Shown: piece after piece, positions 26,854-36,373 of the stretch
How positions within the stretch are numbered: position 1 is the first letter of the stretch
Layout of the letters: every line of letters begins with the position of its first letter
Source of the DNA: Thermoproteota archaeon
Lineage (GTDB): Archaea; Korarchaeota; JAOZGF01; JAOZFZ01
DNA: 49,507 nucleotides
Direction of reading: 5' to 3'
Assembly (NCBI GenBank): GCA_027491455.1
Contig: JAOZFL010000117.1
Location: 1 to 49,507, forward strand
The notes under the pieces: generated by a model
What the model saw: only the letters and a program-made list of their open reading frames with translations
What the model was told of the DNA's origin: nothing
The model's database searches: none
Position numbers and translations under genes: made by a program

Positions 26854-27168
26854 TTGAAGAGGGGATCTTCCAGGAAAATTGCCCTTGAAAGAATTAAGAT
26901 CTTAATGAATTTAGCTGAGGAAGTCCATAGGAAAGATATGGAGCTGGCCCAGAGATATTACAGGCTTGCTTGGAGACTAGCTCTAAAGGCTAGGCTTAGC
27001 TTCCCCTTAAAATGGAAGAAGTTTATCTGTAGACGTTGTAAAACCTTACTTTTTCCAGGTGTGAACGCAACTGTTAGGATGAGACAGAGAAGGGTTCCTC
27101 ATGTAACCATTAGATGCATGGTTTGTGGAGGTTACACCAGGTATCCCTATAAGTCGAGGAAAATTTAA
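26854..27168 (+). CDS. rnp4: RNase P protein component 4 (Rpp21/Rpr2)
   Basis: 104 aa with IALERIKILMNLAEE...RRCKTLLFPGVNATVR...CMVCGG, the Rpr2 helical domain plus zinc ribbon. Confidence 0.8.
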   Translation: MKRGSSRKIALERIKILMNLAEEVHRKDMELAQRYYRLAWRLALKARLSFPLKWKKFICRRCKTLLFPGVNATVRMRQRRVPHVTIRCMVCGGYTRYPYKSRKI

Positions 27169-27252
27169 CCCTTTAAGTAAAGGTATAACAATTGGAAAAG
27201 AAATAAATATTTGTTTTTCCGTTCTTTGTTGGATTTGGGAAGGTGAAGTAAC

Positions 27253-27720
27253 TTGGTATCTGTCTATGATGTGCCAGCAGATCTTTTAATTAAAAGGTTG
27301 GCAGAGGAATTAAAGGATATACCAGAAATTAAACAGCCTGAATGGACTTATTATGTTAAAACCAGCCCAGCAAGGGAAAGGAGGCCTGAGAATACTGAGT
27401 GGTGGTATGTGAGGGCTGCCTCAATCCTAAGGAAAGTCTACGTAAAAGGACCTATAGGCATCTCAAGGTTGAGATCAATGTATGGGGGCAGGAGAAATAG
27501 AGGTGTTAAACCAGAGCATTTTTATAAGGGGAGTGGTAAAGTGGTAAGGGTTATTCTACAACAGCTTGAAGCAGCTGGCCTAGTTGAAAAAAGAAAGATT
27601 AACGGTAGGGCATTGGGTAGAGGGGTTACAAGCAGGGGAATGGCCCTCATGGACTCTGTTGCATACAAGTTAAAGAAAGAGTTGCAGAAGGCTATGGCTG
27701 AGTTGAAGAAGTATACTTAA
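27253..27720 (+). CDS. rps19e: 30S ribosomal protein S19e
   Basis: 155 aa with VYDVPADLLIKRLAEELK...EWWYVRAASILRKVY...GGRRNRG motifs. Confidence 0.9.
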   Translation: MVSVYDVPADLLIKRLAEELKDIPEIKQPEWTYYVKTSPARERRPENTEWWYVRAASILRKVYVKGPIGISRLRSMYGGRRNRGVKPEHFYKGSGKVVRVILQQLEAAGLVEKRKINGRALGRGVTSRGMALMDSVAYKLKKELQKAMAELKKYT

Positions 27721-27740
27721 CTAGTCAAGGGGTTGTTCAG

Positions 27741-28067
27741 ATGAGCGATGATATTGAAGAAATAAAGAGGAAAAGGCTCTTAGAACTGCAGAAGCAACTT
27801 ATAGAAGAAGAGAGGAAAAGAAAAATGCTTGAGCAAGCCGAACTCCAGAAACAAATGCTTTTAAAAGTTATCTTAACTCCTAAAGCCAGGGAAAGGCTTG
27901 GAAACATTAAGATCGTGAGACCTGAACTTGCAGAGACCCTTGAACTGCAACTCATACAACTTTACAGGGCCGGAAAAATCAGGTCTCAGGTTACAGATGA
28001 ACAGTTAAAGAGGATCCTTCTATCTATTCAAAGTAGAAGGAAAGAAATAAGGATAAAATTTAAGTAG
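27741..28067 (+). CDS. PDCD5/TFAR19-like DNA-binding protein
   Basis: 108 aa. [14 protein letters not shown]...[22 protein letters not shown]...[10 protein letters not shown] is typical of the archaeal PDCD5 family. It is the conserved neighbour of rps19e and rpl39e. Confidence 0.8.
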   Translation: MSDDIEEIKRKRLLELQKQLIEEERKRKMLEQAELQKQMLLKVILTPKARERLGNIKIVRPELAETLELQLIQLYRAGKIRSQVTDEQLKRILLSIQSRRKEIRIKFK

Positions 28068-28078
28068 GTGGCTTTAAA

Positions 28079-28234
28079 GTGGCTGGTCATAAGCCATTAG
28101 CTAAGAAACTTAGGCTCATTAAGAGGACGAAGCAAAACAGGAGGATACCAGTTTGGGTTGTCCTTAAAACAAATAGAAAGGTTATTCAGAACCTTAGGAG
28201 GAGAAATTGGCGTAGAACAAAACTGAAACTTTAG
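28079..28234 (+). CDS. rpl39e: 50S ribosomal protein L39e
   Basis: My own translation from the GTG at 28079: [51 protein letters not shown]. At 51 aa it is below the ORF-track size cutoff. Confidence 0.85.
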   Translation: MAGHKPLAKKLRLIKRTKQNRRIPVWVVLKTNRKVIQNLRRRNWRRTKLKL

Positions 28235-28245
28235 GGGGGGAAGAG

Positions 28246-28527
28246 ATGTCTAAAAAATCAGAGAAAAAGGTACTCGTTATTCCATTATCCAGGGCATACA
28301 GGTCTCCAAATTGGAGAAGGTCCGAAAAAACAGTTTTCTACTTAAAAAAATTTATAAAAAAGGCCTTTAAGGAATCCAAAGACATTAAGATAGAACCTGT
28401 GATAAACGAAGAGATATGGAGAAGAGGTTCAAAAACACCACCTAAGAAGATTGTTGTTGAAGTAGAGATAGATGAAGAAAAGAATTTACATGTAAAACCA
28501 GTAAAAGAAGAATCAGAGAATCCTTGA
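28246..28527 (+). CDS. rpl31e: 50S ribosomal protein L31e
   Basis: 93 aa with VIPLSRAY...IKIEPVINEEIWRRG motifs. The order L39e-L31e-aIF6 is conserved. Confidence 0.9.
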   Translation: MSKKSEKKVLVIPLSRAYRSPNWRRSEKTVFYLKKFIKKAFKESKDIKIEPVINEEIWRRGSKTPPKKIVVEVEIDEEKNLHVKPVKEESENP

Positions 28528-28536
28528 AGGTGAAAA

Positions 28537-29205
28537 ATGTTAATAAAGGCGCATTATAGAGGACAGGCAACTATAGGGGTTTATTTCTCAACCAATGAGG
28601 ACTTTACCTTGGTCCCTACATCCATCCCTGAAACCACGAAAAAAGCCATAGAGGATACATTGAAGACAAATTTAGTGGAGGTCTCTGTGATGAACACCGA
28701 GTTAGTGGGGATATTCGTAGTGTCTAATTCACAGGGTTTCATCTTACCTAATTTATGCAGTGAAATCGAAATCAAAAGAATAAAGGCTGAAACAGGGTTA
28801 AAAGTTATGGTCTTCCCTTCAAGATACACGGTTTTAAAGAATTTAATCGTTGCTAACGACGAATCAGTTCTTTTATCCGAAAAGATAAGTGCAGAAGAAT
28901 CTAGGAAAATAACAAGTTTTCTAGAAGTGGAAAAATTTGAGATATGGAGAAGCAAAGATAAGCCTTTTATAGGTCCTCTAATGGTTTTAACAAATAAAAT
29001 AGGAGTTGTTTCTCCCCTACTAAGCCAAAAGGAAACATTAAGGCTCTCAGAATTCTTGGGTCTACCTTTGAAAAGGTCAACTGTTAATTCAGGGGCTCCA
29101 TTCCCAGGAATGGGTTTAGTTGCTAACTCAAAGGGAGGATTAATAGGTTATTCTTCAACTGGGATAGAGGTAGCTGATATAGAGACAATTCTAATGGTTG
29201 ATTAA
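28537..29205 (+). CDS. eif6: Translation initiation factor 6 (aIF6)
   Basis: 222 aa with pentein-repeat-like sequence (IGVYFSTNEDFTLVP, VGIFVVSNSQGFILP, ...). Confidence 0.9.
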   Translation: MLIKAHYRGQATIGVYFSTNEDFTLVPTSIPETTKKAIEDTLKTNLVEVSVMNTELVGIFVVSNSQGFILPNLCSEIEIKRIKAETGLKVMVFPSRYTVLKNLIVANDESVLLSEKISAEESRKITSFLEVEKFEIWRSKDKPFIGPLMVLTNKIGVVSPLLSQKETLRLSEFLGLPLKRSTVNSGAPFPGMGLVANSKGGLIGYSSTGIEVADIETILMVD

Positions 29206-29216
29206 GGTGTCTTTAA

Positions 29217-29453
29217 ATGATAAGAGCTAAGTTTTACCGTGTAGAGGGGTATTATGTGAAGAAAGGGAGGAAAATTTTCTTCAGAAAAGATTACTGCGAC
29301 TTAGACGAGTCAAAGGCCCTTGAGAAAATGTACTCGGAGATAGGAAGCAAACACAGGGTTAAAAGAAGCGAAATTAAGGGTATTAAAGTCAGGGAGTTAA
29401 AACCTGATGAAATAAAGGACCCTGTTCTTAAGGCTCTTCACGGTTCTCTTTAA
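29217..29453 (+). CDS. rplX: 50S ribosomal protein LX (L18Ae/eL20 family)
   Basis: 78 aa with FYRVEGYYVKKGRKIFFRK...ALEKMYSEIGSKHRVKRSEIKI-like sequence. It sits in the conserved position between aIF6 and pfdA. Confidence 0.8.
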   Translation: MIRAKFYRVEGYYVKKGRKIFFRKDYCDLDESKALEKMYSEIGSKHRVKRSEIKGIKVRELKPDEIKDPVLKALHGSL

Positions 29454-29458
29454 AATGG

Positions 29459-29875
29459 GTGAGAAACTTGTCTCAAAAAGAAGCGGAGTCAGTTATTGCT
29501 CAAATACAATATGTTCAAGCCTTAATAGAGGCGCTTCAAGGGGAAATAGAGAAATTAAATATGTCTTTTTCCCAGATATCCACAACCATAAATGGGCTTA
29601 GGGAGCTAAGGAAAATGGATGAAATCTTGACCTCCATAGGCTCAGGGGTTTACATGTATTCGAAGGTTACATATATTGACACATTCCTGCTCAATGTAGG
29701 GGCAAACATATATGTTGAGAAGTCGAGAGAAGAAACAATTAAGTACCTTGAAAAACAGTTGAAGAATATAAGTGACCTAGCCCAGAGATACAGGCAACAG
29801 ATAACAGGGTACTTAAATGTTTTAAATGAGTTAAATAGGAGACTGAAGGTTTTACAAAGCGAAAGCCAGGGTTAA
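29459..29875 (+). CDS. pfdA: Prefoldin alpha subunit
   Basis: 138 aa with coiled-coil termini around a central GSGVYMYSKV...VGANIYVEKS beta-hairpin region. Synteny is conserved. Confidence 0.8.
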   Translation: MRNLSQKEAESVIAQIQYVQALIEALQGEIEKLNMSFSQISTTINGLRELRKMDEILTSIGSGVYMYSKVTYIDTFLLNVGANIYVEKSREETIKYLEKQLKNISDLAQRYRQQITGYLNVLNELNRRLKVLQSESQG

Positions 29876-30813
29876 AGTATCATTTTAAGAATCTTCCTAG
29901 GTTCATAGGCAGCTAGGTCTCCGTATTTCTGTCCTGTGCCTAGAAACAGAATTGGTTTTCTGAGGACATCTGCAACTGTCAGTAAAACTCCACCCTTATC
30001 AGTTGCATCCATTTTAGTTATTATAACACAATCTACCCCTATCGACTCGTTAAAAAATATGCATTGAGGTACTGCATCATTCCCGATCAATCCGTCAATG
30101 ATCAAAACCTTTAAGTTTGGCTTGTTAACTCTTACTATTTTCCTAAGCTCCTCTAAAAGGTTTTCATCAGTATGAGTCCTTCCAGCTGTGTCAGCACATA
30201 TTACGTCGTATTTTCTAGCTTTTGCTTTTTCTCTTGCATTATAAATCACGGCTGCACTGTCAGCGCCTCTCATTTGTCTCACAACTGATACACCAATTTT
30301 TTCAGCGTATTTAACCATTTGTTCAGCTCCAGCTGCTCTGAATGTATCAGCTGCTGCTATTAGTACCTTGTACCCTCTAGTTCTCAGATAATTAGCCACT
30401 TTAGCAACTGTTAACGATTTACCCACTCCATTAAAGCCTAGGAATAGGATTAAGTATGGAGTCCCCCTCTGCTTTGATTCATTAATTTCCCTATTTAAAT
30501 TAATCTTAGGTACGTCCAAAATAGTGAAAAGTTCTTCCTTGATTACTCTCTCAATTTCATCATGCACCTTTCTCCTTTCAACCCTCTTTGTAACTATTTT
30601 CTCTTTCAAGTTTCCCCGTATTTTTTCAATTGTTTCGAAGGCTACACCTGACTTCAACAGGTCAATTTCCAACGCTGTGAACATTCTATTAAATTCTTTT
30701 TCACTGATTTCCTTTTCCTTTAAAACGCTTATAAGTTCCCTTTTCAACTTCTGAAAAGTTCCCCGAAGAGTTCTAAACATTTTAACCAGCTTTCTATCTC
30801 TAGAAAGGCCCAC
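29872..30813 (-). CDS. ftsY: Signal recognition particle receptor FtsY
   Basis: 313 aa with SRP GTPase motifs GFNGVGKS, DTAGR and TKMDA. Confidence 0.9.
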   Translation of the reverse strand: MGLSRDRKLVKMFRTLRGTFQKLKRELISVLKEKEISEKEFNRMFTALEIDLLKSGVAFETIEKIRGNLKEKIVTKRVERRKVHDEIERVIKEELFTILDVPKINLNREINESKQRGTPYLILFLGFNGVGKSLTVAKVANYLRTRGYKVLIAAADTFRAAGAEQMVKYAEKIGVSVVRQMRGADSAAVIYNAREKAKARKYDVICADTAGRTHTDENLLEELRKIVRVNKPNLKVLIIDGLIGNDAVPQCIFFNESIGVDCVIITKMDATDKGGVLLTVADVLRKPILFLGTGQKYGDLAAYEPRKILKMIL

Positions 30814-30937
30814 TATTTAATTCATGAAAATAGCAACACTTTTATTTAATGCTTCCTTAAAAATAACAATCAGTTTTTCAGGTGTTCCCTTATAGATACT
30901 AGCGGTTTAGCTGATGTCTCTAAAGAGGTTTAAGTAA

Positions 30938-31864
30938 ATGCGAGGTAGAGACTTCCTTTCCCTAGCTGACTTTAGTAAAGAAGAAATACAGAAAGTATTA
31001 AGTGTTGCTTTCCACTTTAAGAGGAGACATCTCGTAGGCAATAAATATGATACTATTCTCTTCGGGAAAACTCTGGCTATGATCTTTGAGAAACCATCCA
31101 CTAGAACCAGGGTTTCCTTTGAGGTAGCTATGAAGCAACTCGGTGGATTTGTCCTTTATCTAAACTGGCAAACACTCCAGTTAAGCCGAGGTGAAACTAT
31201 ACAGGACACGGGTAGGGTTCTGAGCAAATATATCGATGGGATAATGGCAAGGGTTTATAGACATTCCTCCCTTATTGAACTCGCGGAAGCTGCATCAGTT
31301 CCTGTGATCAATGGGCTCTCAAATTTATTCCATCCATGTCAAGCGGCAGGGGATCTGATGACTATTTATGAGAAGAAAAACAGGATTACCAGACTGAAAA
31401 TAGCATTTATAGGCGATGGAAATAATGTGTGTAACTCATTGATGATTGGTGCATCAAAGATGGGTTTAAACATAAGTGTAGCAACACCCCCAGGGTATGA
31501 ACCTAGAAGTGAAGTGGTTGAAATGGTTGATAAGTTCGCAGTTAAATCTGGGTCAAAGGTAACATTGACAGATTCCCCTCAAGAAGCAGTTAGAAATGCA
31601 GATGTAGTGTACACTGATGTCTGGGTGAGCATGGGTCAAGAAGAAGAGGAAGAGAAAAGATTAAGGGATTTCCGGGGATTCCAAGTAAACAAAGAACTCG
31701 TTAAATATGCAAAAAAGGATTTTATTTTCATGCATTGTTTACCAGCTCACAGAGGACTTGAAGTTTCACCTGATGTCATCGACGATCCATTGCATTCCAT
31801 TATATGGGACCAAGCAGAGAACAGACTTTACATCCAAAAAGCTATTCTAGCTCTAATTATCTAG
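30938..31864 (+). CDS. argF: Ornithine carbamoyltransferase
   Basis: 308 aa with the STRTR carbamoyl-phosphate motif, HPCQ, DVWVSMG and HCLPA motifs. Confidence 0.85.
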   Translation: MRGRDFLSLADFSKEEIQKVLSVAFHFKRRHLVGNKYDTILFGKTLAMIFEKPSTRTRVSFEVAMKQLGGFVLYLNWQTLQLSRGETIQDTGRVLSKYIDGIMARVYRHSSLIELAEAASVPVINGLSNLFHPCQAAGDLMTIYEKKNRITRLKIAFIGDGNNVCNSLMIGASKMGLNISVATPPGYEPRSEVVEMVDKFAVKSGSKVTLTDSPQEAVRNADVVYTDVWVSMGQEEEEEKRLRDFRGFQVNKELVKYAKKDFIFMHCLPAHRGLEVSPDVIDDPLHSIIWDQAENRLYIQKAILALII

Positions 31865-32033
31865 TTTTTTTATCAAACCTTCATCGACGACTGACTTAAA
31901 CATATATGACACATGTAAAACGCGATTCCGTATCCAGACAGAAAACCTTTAAATTATATTTAAATAAAGGATTAAATGAGAAAATAACTTTAATGTTCAT
32001 AACCTTTGATGATGTTAAACTGGGTGTAAGCAG

Positions 32034-33110
32034 TTGGTTAAAGAGGAAATAGCGGTAGAAACAGCTAAGTATGGCTTGACGGATAAGGAACTGATGAACA
32101 TAGTGTCCCAAAGCCAAGCAAAGATAGTTGCAGTTGGAGTAGGAGGGGCGGGTGGAAATGTAGTTGACATTATACATGAAAACAAGGTTAAAAATGTTCA
32201 GACCATTGCTGTTAACACTGATGCCCAGGATCTCCTTAAAATAAACTCAAATCTTAAAATTCTAATAGGTAAAGGGATAACTGGAGGGCTGGGGGCTGGA
32301 AGCGACCCTGTGATAGGAGAAGCCGCTGCTAAGGAAAGCATAGACGAAATAAAAGGTGCCTTGGGAGGAGCAGATCTAGTTTTCCTTATAACTGGTTTAG
32401 GGGGAGGAACTGGGACGGGTGCGGCTCCAATAATAGCTCAAACCGCAAGAGATACTGGAGCGGCTGTCCTATCAATCGCTTTCTTCCCCTTCTCATCAGA
32501 GGGAGCCAAAAAACAGGAAATAGCCCTTGAAGGAGCAAAAAACCTTTATTCGAACAGTGATTCATTTATACTGATCCAGAACGATAGAATACTCGGGTTT
32601 AAACCTGAAATCTCTACTAAAGAGGGAATCAAGCTGGCGAACAGGTTAACTCTGGATCTGATAAATAAGCTGGTCCAAATAATTTTTAAATCAAATTTCA
32701 TAAATGTTGATTTTGCTGATCTAAGGACCATAATCGAAGATGGGGGCCCGATAGCCTTCTTTTCAAATAGATTTGATGAAAATGACAAACTCGAAGACTC
32801 AGTCAATAAACTTCTAGATAACTCCTTGCTCGAAGTCGATGTTTCAGGAGGGAAAAAAGCCTTAATTTACCTGGAGACACCTGCAGATTTCGAAATAGAG
32901 AAAATAAACGGAGTTGTTGAAGCAATAGTTGCAAACCTAGATCCCAAGGCCCAAGTTATCTGGGGTTTGGATATAGTCAACTCAGAGGTTAAAGTCCTCG
33001 AGATTTTCAGTTTAATTGCAGGAGTTAAAATTTTAAACCTTGAATTAGAGAAACCTGTTCCCACTCCAGCAGCAAAGATAGATCTAGGGATAGACCTAGA
33101 GTCTCTTTGA
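32034..33110 (+). CDS. ftsZ: Cell division protein FtsZ
   Basis: 358 aa with [15 protein letters not shown] and the tubulin signature GGGTGTG. TTG start. Confidence 0.9.
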   Translation: MVKEEIAVETAKYGLTDKELMNIVSQSQAKIVAVGVGGAGGNVVDIIHENKVKNVQTIAVNTDAQDLLKINSNLKILIGKGITGGLGAGSDPVIGEAAAKESIDEIKGALGGADLVFLITGLGGGTGTGAAPIIAQTARDTGAAVLSIAFFPFSSEGAKKQEIALEGAKNLYSNSDSFILIQNDRILGFKPEISTKEGIKLANRLTLDLINKLVQIIFKSNFINVDFADLRTIIEDGGPIAFFSNRFDENDKLEDSVNKLLDNSLLEVDVSGGKKALIYLETPADFEIEKINGVVEAIVANLDPKAQVIWGLDIVNSEVKVLEIFSLIAGVKILNLELEKPVPTPAAKIDLGIDLESL

Positions 33111-33113
33111 ACG

Positions 33114-33305
33114 GTGTCAATTTTGTCCTACTCAGTGAAAATCAAGGATTTCCTTGTTCAATGCCAAAGAGCCCTTAAAAAGGCTAGAAAACCGACTGTT
33201 AAGGAAATAATGAAGATTTCACAGGTGTGTTTCCTCGGTCTATCCATACTCGGCGCACTGGGAATGATCATCCAGCTGATAGCCAATTACCTCACCCCTG
33301 CTTAA
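33114..33305 (+). CDS. secE: Preprotein translocase subunit SecE (Sec61 gamma)
   Basis: 63 aa with an amphipathic N-terminus plus one C-terminal TM helix. It sits in the conserved position upstream of spt5/nusG. Confidence 0.75.
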   Translation: MSILSYSVKIKDFLVQCQRALKKARKPTVKEIMKISQVCFLGLSILGALGMIIQLIANYLTPA

Positions 33306-33332
33306 CGGTGACTAATAAAAAGGTGATTTTCA

Positions 33333-33788
33333 TTGGTAGCAAAAAACAATTTTTACCTAGTAAGGGTAACAAAGTCCCAAGAAATAACAGTTGCCTTAAT
33401 ACTAGCCAACAAAGCTGAGAAAATAGCAGATCAAGTTAAATCTATACTTGTCCTGGATGAAATCCCAGGGTACGTTGTGGTTGAAGCTGAAAACATGGGT
33501 GCAATTGATTCATTAATAGTTGGTACTCCACATGTGAGAGGAAGGGTTCAATCAATGCTTTCATTTGAAGAGATTAGCCGATTCCTGAAAAGAAAGTCTT
33601 ACATTGAAGAATTGAATATTGGAGATGTCGTTAAACTTACAAGGGGTCCCTTTGAAGGAGAAAAGGCCAGAGTCGCCTCTATAAATAAAAGTAGGGATGA
33701 AGTAACAGTTGAACTTTTCGAGTCTCTTGTCCCAGTGGCTATAACGGTTCCAGGGGACTCGGTTAAAAAGGAAAAACCAAAGGAATGA
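33333..33788 (+). CDS. spt5: Transcription elongation factor Spt5 (archaeal NusG)
   Basis: 151 aa with an NGN domain (FYLVRVTKSQE..., YVVVEAEN) and a KOW motif (GDVVKLTRGPFEGEKARV). Confidence 0.9.
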   Translation: MVAKNNFYLVRVTKSQEITVALILANKAEKIADQVKSILVLDEIPGYVVVEAENMGAIDSLIVGTPHVRGRVQSMLSFEEISRFLKRKSYIEELNIGDVVKLTRGPFEGEKARVASINKSRDEVTVELFESLVPVAITVPGDSVKKEKPKE

Positions 33789-33797
33789 GGTTTCATT

Positions 33798-34256
33798 ATG
33801 AAGAGAGTGAAAACGGTGAGGCTCCTTGTAGAGGCAGGGAAAGCAACTCCTGGGCCTCCAGTTGGTCCTGCACTTGGACAATTAAAACTAAATGTTTCTC
33901 AAGTAGTCAAAGAAATAAACGAGAAAACAAAGGAATACGAAGGACTTAGAGTACCCGTGATAATTGAGGTTGATACCTCCACCAAAACCTATAGCTTAAA
34001 AATAGGGGTTCCTCCCGCTTCGGCGCTGCTGAAAATGGAGTTATCTGCTTCCGGTGGAAAAAGAGACCTCTCAATTGAACAAATTGTGAAGGTTGCTAAA
34101 AAGAAAATGCAGGGCATGAGAACAAATAATTTAAAGACTACTACTAAATCAATACTTGGAACATGTTTATCTATGGGAATCCTTGTTGAAGGTAGATCTC
34201 CAAAAGAAATAACAAAAAGAATTGATGAAGGGGAATATGATGATATATTACATTGA
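33798..34256 (+). CDS. rpl11: 50S ribosomal protein L11 (uL11)
   Basis: 152 aa with the GKATPGPPVGPALGQ motif. Confidence 0.95.
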   Translation: MKRVKTVRLLVEAGKATPGPPVGPALGQLKLNVSQVVKEINEKTKEYEGLRVPVIIEVDTSTKTYSLKIGVPPASALLKMELSASGGKRDLSIEQIVKVAKKKMQGMRTNNLKTTTKSILGTCLSMGILVEGRSPKEITKRIDEGEYDDILH

Positions 34257-34273
34257 AATACAAGGTGTACCTA

Positions 34274-34921
34274 ATGAGTATCAATGAACAAAAACTGTTA
34301 AAATGTGTGGAAAAAGCAAAGTTGAACTCCAAAACAAGGAATTTCATAGAATCCATAGACTTAATAATTAATTTTAAGGGAATCGAAATGAAGAAAACAG
34401 ATGCTAGGCTTAGCCAAGTGATCGAGTTACCACATGGTAGAGGGAAGGAACCGAAAATATGTATAATAGCTAGGGGAGAACTTTCACTTCAAGCCAAAAA
34501 GCTTGGAGTAAAGGTTTTATCCGATGAAGAAATGGCATTGATAGCTAGGAACAAAAGAAGAGCGAAAGAAACGGTTAAAGCCCATAATTTCTTCTTGGTT
34601 CAATCTGACCTAATGCCTAAGGTAGCTAAACAGCTAGGCAGGTATCTGGGTCCAGTTGGAAAAATACCGATTCCTTTCCCAGCGACGGGGAATATCTCCC
34701 AAAGAATAGAGAGTTTGAAAAAAAGTGTCCAATTAAACATGAGAAAGCAACCAGTACTACAAATCCCTGTTGGTACGGATAGGATGGAAGATAAAAAGAT
34801 AGTGGAAAACATAAGGTCAATCTTAGATTTTCTAGCGACAAAATACGATCTAAAGCATAATCTAGATTCCCTGTACTTGAAAACAACCATGGGTAAACCT
34901 ATCAAGGTGCCGCTCACTTAG
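34274..34921 (+). CDS. rpl1: 50S ribosomal protein L1 (uL1)
   Basis: The FIESIDLIINFKGIEMKK... sequence is typical of uL1. The ATG at 34274 is preceded by AAGGTG. The ORF track starts at a TTG at 34253 that overlaps the rpl11 stop. Confidence 0.9.
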   Translation: MSINEQKLLKCVEKAKLNSKTRNFIESIDLIINFKGIEMKKTDARLSQVIELPHGRGKEPKICIIARGELSLQAKKLGVKVLSDEEMALIARNKRRAKETVKAHNFFLVQSDLMPKVAKQLGRYLGPVGKIPIPFPATGNISQRIESLKKSVQLNMRKQPVLQIPVGTDRMEDKKIVENIRSILDFLATKYDLKHNLDSLYLKTTMGKPIKVPLT

Positions 34922-34938
34922 TCAAAGGTGAGAAAGAA

Positions 34939-35808
34939 ATGGAAGTTAGACTGAAATATCCGAAAAGGAAAATTGAAATGTTCAGAAGAGCCGAGAAGCT
35001 GCTTAAAAATTATCATGTGGTTGCCATAGCGGAATACGAAGGTTTTACTTCCAATTACTTCAAGAAAATTAGGCAAGTGCTGAAGGAAAGAGCTGTGATT
35101 TACGTTGTAAAAAATAAAGTGTTCACTGTGGTATTAAAAAAGTTAATGCCCAGCATATATGAAAGTATAAAATGGGCTTTAAAGGGAAAAAACGCTTTTA
35201 TATTCACCAATCTCCATCCAACAAAGCTTTATTCCCTGTTACTCAAAAACCCTCAGTCAATGAAAGCTAAACCTGGGGATTTAGCAACATTTAACATATA
35301 TATACCAGAAGGACCAACAGATCTTTCACCAGGACCAATCATGTCTAAGTTTGGGGAACTTGGGATCAAAACAAAGGTTCAAAGTGGGAAAATATATATT
35401 TCGAAGGAAAAGCTACTAGTCAAGAAGGGTGAGGTAATAGATAAGAAATCAGCTGAAATTCTTTCCATGCTTGGAATCAAGCCAGTAAAAGCTGTTTTTA
35501 ATCTTAAAATAGCCTTTGATGATAAAGGAACGGTTTATTTACCTGAATCAATAACATTAACGCCTAAAAAAGCAGTTAAAGCGATGAAAAAGGCGTTTAG
35601 TGAGTCTGTTTCACTGGCTCTTTCACTGAGCATCATAAACAGGTACACTGCTCCCTATATCATTAACATGGCATACTTAAAATGCTTAAAACTTGCTTCT
35701 GAAACGAACATTCCCACCAGAGCGGCCCTACCAATTATAATTCGTAGAGTATATTCAAAAGCTCAGTTCATTGGAACTTACCTAAAACAAAAAGTAGGCT
35801 TCAACTAG
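34939..35808 (+). CDS. rplP0: 50S ribosomal stalk protein P0 (uL10), lacking the usual acidic C-terminal tail
   Basis: 289 aa. The N-terminal rRNA-binding domain and the L11-L1-P0-P1 order fit P0. The protein ends ...YSKAQFIGTYLKQKVGFN without the EE-rich/GLxxLFG tail that is present on the adjacent P1. Confidence 0.85.
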   Translation: MEVRLKYPKRKIEMFRRAEKLLKNYHVVAIAEYEGFTSNYFKKIRQVLKERAVIYVVKNKVFTVVLKKLMPSIYESIKWALKGKNAFIFTNLHPTKLYSLLLKNPQSMKAKPGDLATFNIYIPEGPTDLSPGPIMSKFGELGIKTKVQSGKIYISKEKLLVKKGEVIDKKSAEILSMLGIKPVKAVFNLKIAFDDKGTVYLPESITLTPKKAVKAMKKAFSESVSLALSLSIINRYTAPYIINMAYLKCLKLASETNIPTRAALPIIIRRVYSKAQFIGTYLKQKVGFN

Positions 35809-36054
35809 AAGCCCAGCGGAGGTTCCTTATTAAATTTTAATCCTTAAATTGCTGCTTAAAAATCCTCAATGCTTCCTTTAACCGTCACCTATCTTTTGCC
35901 AAGTAACTAAGAATATAGACTCAGCGTCTAGGACAAAGGAAAGCTTTTTAAAGTTGAAAGGTCATCTAATTAAAAGGTTTAGCTGAAAGACATTAAAAAT
36001 TTCCATCAGTGAAATCATATCTTTTAAGTCCTTTTTTAGGGGAGGTGCTTTAAC

Positions 36055-36363
36055 ATGAAGCAAAGCTACGTTTATGCAGCCCTTATATTACATGAAGAAA
36101 AGAAGGACATAACACCTGAGTCTATTATACAAATACTCAGGGCTGCAGGGGCAGATGCTGATGAAGCAATGGCTAAATCGATAGCTGAGTCTTTGAAAGA
36201 AGTTGATATAGACTCTATACTGGAATCCGCTCAGTTAGTTGCTCCCATTCAGGCAGCACCTGCAACTCCAGCATCAGCACCCGAAGAGAAGCCGAAAGAA
36301 GAGAAAAAAGAGGAAAAAGAGGAAGAAGAATCAGTGGAGGGCTTAGCTGCCCTATTTGGTTAG
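36055..36363 (+). CDS. rplP1: 50S ribosomal stalk protein P1 (archaeal L12)
   Basis: 102 aa with MKQSYVYAALILHEE..., an Ala/Pro hinge and an EEKKEEKEEEESVEGLAALFG tail. Confidence 0.9.
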   Translation: MKQSYVYAALILHEEKKDITPESIIQILRAAGADADEAMAKSIAESLKEVDIDSILESAQLVAPIQAAPATPASAPEEKPKEEKKEEKEEEESVEGLAALFG

Positions 36364-36373
36364 AGGCCCTTAA

